From: Nostoc sp. DedSLP01
GTDB lineage: Bacteria; Cyanobacteriota; Cyanobacteriia; Cyanobacteriales; Nostocaceae
Reading direction: 5' to 3'
NCBI GenBank assembly: GCA_034530875.2
Contig: JAVRCJ020000009.1
Span: 1 to 64,000 of the forward strand
DNA: 64,000 bases
Below, in pieces: positions 61,441-64,000 of this stretch (the stretch's first letter is position 1; each line of letters begins with the position of its first letter). The notes beneath the pieces are model-generated. The model was not told the DNA's origin, searched no databases, and saw only the letters and a list, made by a program, of their open reading frames with translations. Position numbers and translations under genes: made by a program.

Positions 61441-62253
61441 TTAATTCTTCTCTTGCTGCTCTACCCAAGCTACCAAATCAGCAATTTCGGAAAAATCAAG
61501 CAGTTCTTCTCCCAAATTCTCTAATTGTTCAGCAGATAAATTACGAATCTGCTCAACTAATGATGCATCAATATCACCAAAGCGCCGTTTAAGCTGACGA
61601 CTAATCAATTTAAAGGCTTCCTTTTGAACGATATCTTGATAAATTACAGATTCTTTCATAATATCCTCCCGTAAAAATTGACGAACTAAATCCTTGTCAA
61701 ATCGCAAACCGGCCAAAATTTCTACACAACCTGCAATATTTTGCCGTTGCTCTCTATCTGGAATTGTAGCGACTTGTTCAGCTACTTGTGCCAGTAAAGC
61801 TTGTGGCGAGTTTGTTCGTGTCAAACTTGCTAGAGGTAACAGTGCAGGATTTTCCAAAAATAGCTGTGAATCTTGTTCCCACAAGCGAATCACCAGTATC
61901 GGGTGATTCGTTGTTTCGTCTCGATATTCTTCTGTGAAAGCCACCTCGTTATTAGTTTCCTGCAAAAAGATTAATACTTGATTTACAGGACATCGGTATT
62001 GACGTTTCAACCTCACCGAATAATCAAGCATTCGGAAATTCAGCGGTGGGTTAGATTTCGCTAAAGTTTGAAATTCAATATGCAAAATTTCGTTAGCTGC
62101 TTGCAGAAATGTCACAGAATCTGCACGAATTGGTTCAAGTGTCAGTTCAGTTTTTAATACTTCAATTTTTTGCACTTCCACCCCCAACAACCAACGTACA
62201 AACTCACCTGGATATTGTTCAGCTAAATATTTACAAGCATTGTCGAAACTCAC
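61441..62253 (-). CDS. Rpn-like PD-(D/E)xK nuclease with C-terminal DUF4351
   Basis: GTG start after a purine-rich GAGGAGGAAGAGG. FDNACKYL, RADS, LHIEFQ, FRMLDY and LENLGEELLDF. Confidence 0.88.
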   Translation of the reverse strand: MSFDNACKYLAEQYPGEFVRWLLGVEVQKIEVLKTELTLEPIRADSVTFLQAANEILHIEFQTLAKSNPPLNFRMLDYSVRLKRQYRCPVNQVLIFLQETNNEVAFTEEYRDETTNHPILVIRLWEQDSQLFLENPALLPLASLTRTNSPQALLAQVAEQVATIPDREQRQNIAGCVEILAGLRFDKDLVRQFLREDIMKESVIYQDIVQKEAFKLISRQLKRRFGDIDASLVEQIRNLSAEQLENLGEELLDFSEIADLVAWVEQQEKN

Positions 62254-62342
62254 CCTCTTCCTCCTCTCTGCACCTCTGCGCGACGCCAGTTGCTTCAAGT
62301 CGGGCATTGCCCGCCCAACGCACTAGCTCCTCTGCGTGACAC

Positions 62343-62381
62343 AAAAAAACAGCCGCCTCCACAACGGAAGCAGCTGTTTTT
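62343..62381 (-). terminator. Terminator hairpin downstream of groEL
   Basis: Minus strand AAAAACAGCTGCTTCC-loop-GGAGGCGGCTGTTTTTTT. Confidence 0.8.
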
Positions 62382-62403
62382 ATAAATAACCGACTACAGA
62401 GTA

Positions 62404-64000
62404 TTAGTAATCGAAGTCGCCACCAGCACCAGCACCAGCAGCAGGAGCCGCGTCTTTAGGCTCAGGCTTGTCAACTACAATACATTCGGTTGTCAACACC
62501 ATACCAGCGATAGAAGCAGCGTTTTGCAGAGCAGAACGAGTTACTTTCGCAGGGTCAACAATACCAGCACTTAACAAATCTACAAATTCGTTAGTTGCAG
62601 CATTGTAGCCAACGCTGAATTCCTTCTCTTTGACGCGTTCAGCAATGACAGCACCATTTTGACCAGCGTTTTCTGCAATTCTCTTTAGAGGTGCAGGTAA
62701 AGCACGAGCAACAATCAACGCACCAATCAACTCTTCACCAGTGAGGTTGCTGTTAGCCCAAGTTTCTAAATCAGGAGCTAGGTGAGCGAGGGTTGTACCG
62801 CCACCAGGAACGATACCTTCTTCTACAGCAGCTTTGGTAGCGTTGATAGCGTCTTCTAGGCGTAGTTTCTTGTCTTTCATTTCGGTTTCGGTGGCTGCAC
62901 CCACTTTCACCACGGCGACACCGCCGGAAAGTTTAGCAAGACGCTCTTGCAGCTTTTCTTTGTCGTAGGAAGATTCGGTTTCTTCGATTTGACGACGGAT
63001 TTGTTCTACACGAGCTTTAACTCCAGCTTCGTTACCTTCGGCAACAATTGTGGTGTTGTCTTTAGTGATGGTGATGCGGCGAGCTTTACCCAAGCTATCT
63101 AACTTGGTGTTATCTAGCTTCAAACCAGCATCTTCAGTGACTAGTTGACCGCCGGTCAACACGGCAATATCTTCTAGCATAGCTTTGCGGCGATCGCCAA
63201 AGCCAGGAGCCTTGACAGCAGCAACATTCAGTACACCGCGCAAACGGTTAACTACCAAGGTTGCCAAAGCTTCTTTTTCGATATCTTCAGCAATAATTAC
63301 CAAAGGACGACCAGCACGAGCTACTTGCTCTAAAACTGGTACGAGGTCTTGTACCAGAGCAATTTTCTTATCGGTCAGCAGGAGGAAAGGCTCATCAAAA
63401 ACCGCTTCCATCCGTTCAGCATCGGTGGCAAAATAAGGAGAGATATAGCCCTTATCAAAGCGCATCCCTTCAGTAATTTCCAACTCGGTGGTCATGGATT
63501 TCCCTTCTTCTAGGGAAATTACGCCTTCCTTGCCCACCTTGTCCATAGCTTGGGCAATCATCTGGCCAACTTCTTCGTCGTTACCAGCCGAGATTGCACC
63601 AACTTGGGCAATAGCTTTGGAATCTTCTACCGGACGCGCATGTTCAGCAATTTTATCTACGAGGAAGGCGGTAGCTTTATCAATACCGCGCTTCAACAAA
63701 ATCGCATTAGCACCTGCTGCAACGTTCCGCAAGCCTTCTTTGACAATCGCATGAGCTAAAACGGTAGCAGTGGTGGTGCCATCGCCCGCAGCATCGTTGG
63801 TCTTAGAAGCAGCTTGACGAATCAGAGCTACACCAGTGTTTTCAATGTGGTCTTCTAATTCGATTTCTTTGGCGATGGTTACACCGTCGTTAACAATTTG
63901 TGGTGCGCCAAATTTCTTTTCTAGGACTACGTTACGACCCTTAGGACCAAGGGTAACAGCTACAGCCTCAGCCAGGATATCAATACCTCGCTCTAAGGCG
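62404..64000 (-). CDS. groEL: Chaperonin GroEL (5' end beyond the window)
   Basis: The frame is open to the window edge (..[30 protein letters not shown]). The GGDFDY C-terminus is typical of cyanobacterial GroEL1. Confidence 0.97.
   Translation of the reverse strand, partial: ALERGIDILAEAVAVTLGPKGRNVVLEKKFGAPQIVNDGVTIAKEIELEDHIENTGVALIRQAASKTNDAAGDGTTTATVLAHAIVKEGLRNVAAGANAILLKRGIDKATAFLVDKIAEHARPVEDSKAIAQVGAISAGNDEEVGQMIAQAMDKVGKEGVISLEEGKSMTTELEITEGMRFDKGYISPYFATDAERMEAVFDEPFLLLTDKKIALVQDLVPVLEQVARAGRPLVIIAEDIEKEALATLVVNRLRGVLNVAAVKAPGFGDRRKAMLEDIAVLTGGQLVTEDAGLKLDNTKLDSLGKARRITITKDNTTIVAEGNEAGVKARVEQIRRQIEETESSYDKEKLQERLAKLSGGVAVVKVGAATETEMKDKKLRLEDAINATKAAVEEGIVPGGGTTLAHLAPDLETWANSNLTGEELIGALIVARALPAPLKRIAENAGQNGAVIAERVKEKEFSVGYNAATNEFVDLLSAGIVDPAKVTRSALQNAASIAGMVLTTECIVVDKPEPKDAAPAAGAGAGGDFDY

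Noticed and set aside
62254..62307. N-terminal extension MPDLKQLASRRGAERRKR of the Rpn-like ORF
   Set aside because: It derives from repeat sequence. The GTG at 62253 has an SD and matches the family start.

Overview
A 64-kb chromosomal window from a filamentous, Nostoc/Anabaena-like cyanobacterium. The assignment rests on dense HIP1 (GCGATCGC) octamers, heptameric STRR arrays, psbA, GUN4, a CcmK-type shell gene and Tic22. Most genes are housekeeping: prmC, pdhB, secDF, ffh-rpsP-khpA, an rpsU copy missing from the ORF track, phoH, icd, Mn-SOD, rsmG, ppc, psbA, ureDABC and a groEL that runs off the window. Accessory genes sit between them: DUF29, DUF4058, a frameshifted Uma2, two Rpn/DUF4351 nucleases, a GxxExxY nuclease and two small AT-rich two-gene cassettes. 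There are also many MITE-, REP- and SDR-like repeats. The main leads are: (1) two translationally coupled RelE-like genes with no conventional antitoxin (39651-40369); (2) a strong internal Shine-Dalgarno plus ATG just before the C-terminal domain of both Rpn-like genes, suggesting gene-within-gene toxin/antitoxin pairs; (3) an orphan ParA with a small helical partner; (4) a GxxExxY gene flanked by inverted repeats that splits the urease operon; (5) a histidine-kinase-like protein with a degenerate ATP pocket; (6) an MBOAT plus SGNH pair with an unnamed, four-fold repeated cytoplasmic domain. No rRNA, tRNA or CRISPR array was recognised. Family calls come from motif recognition by eye, not from database searches.
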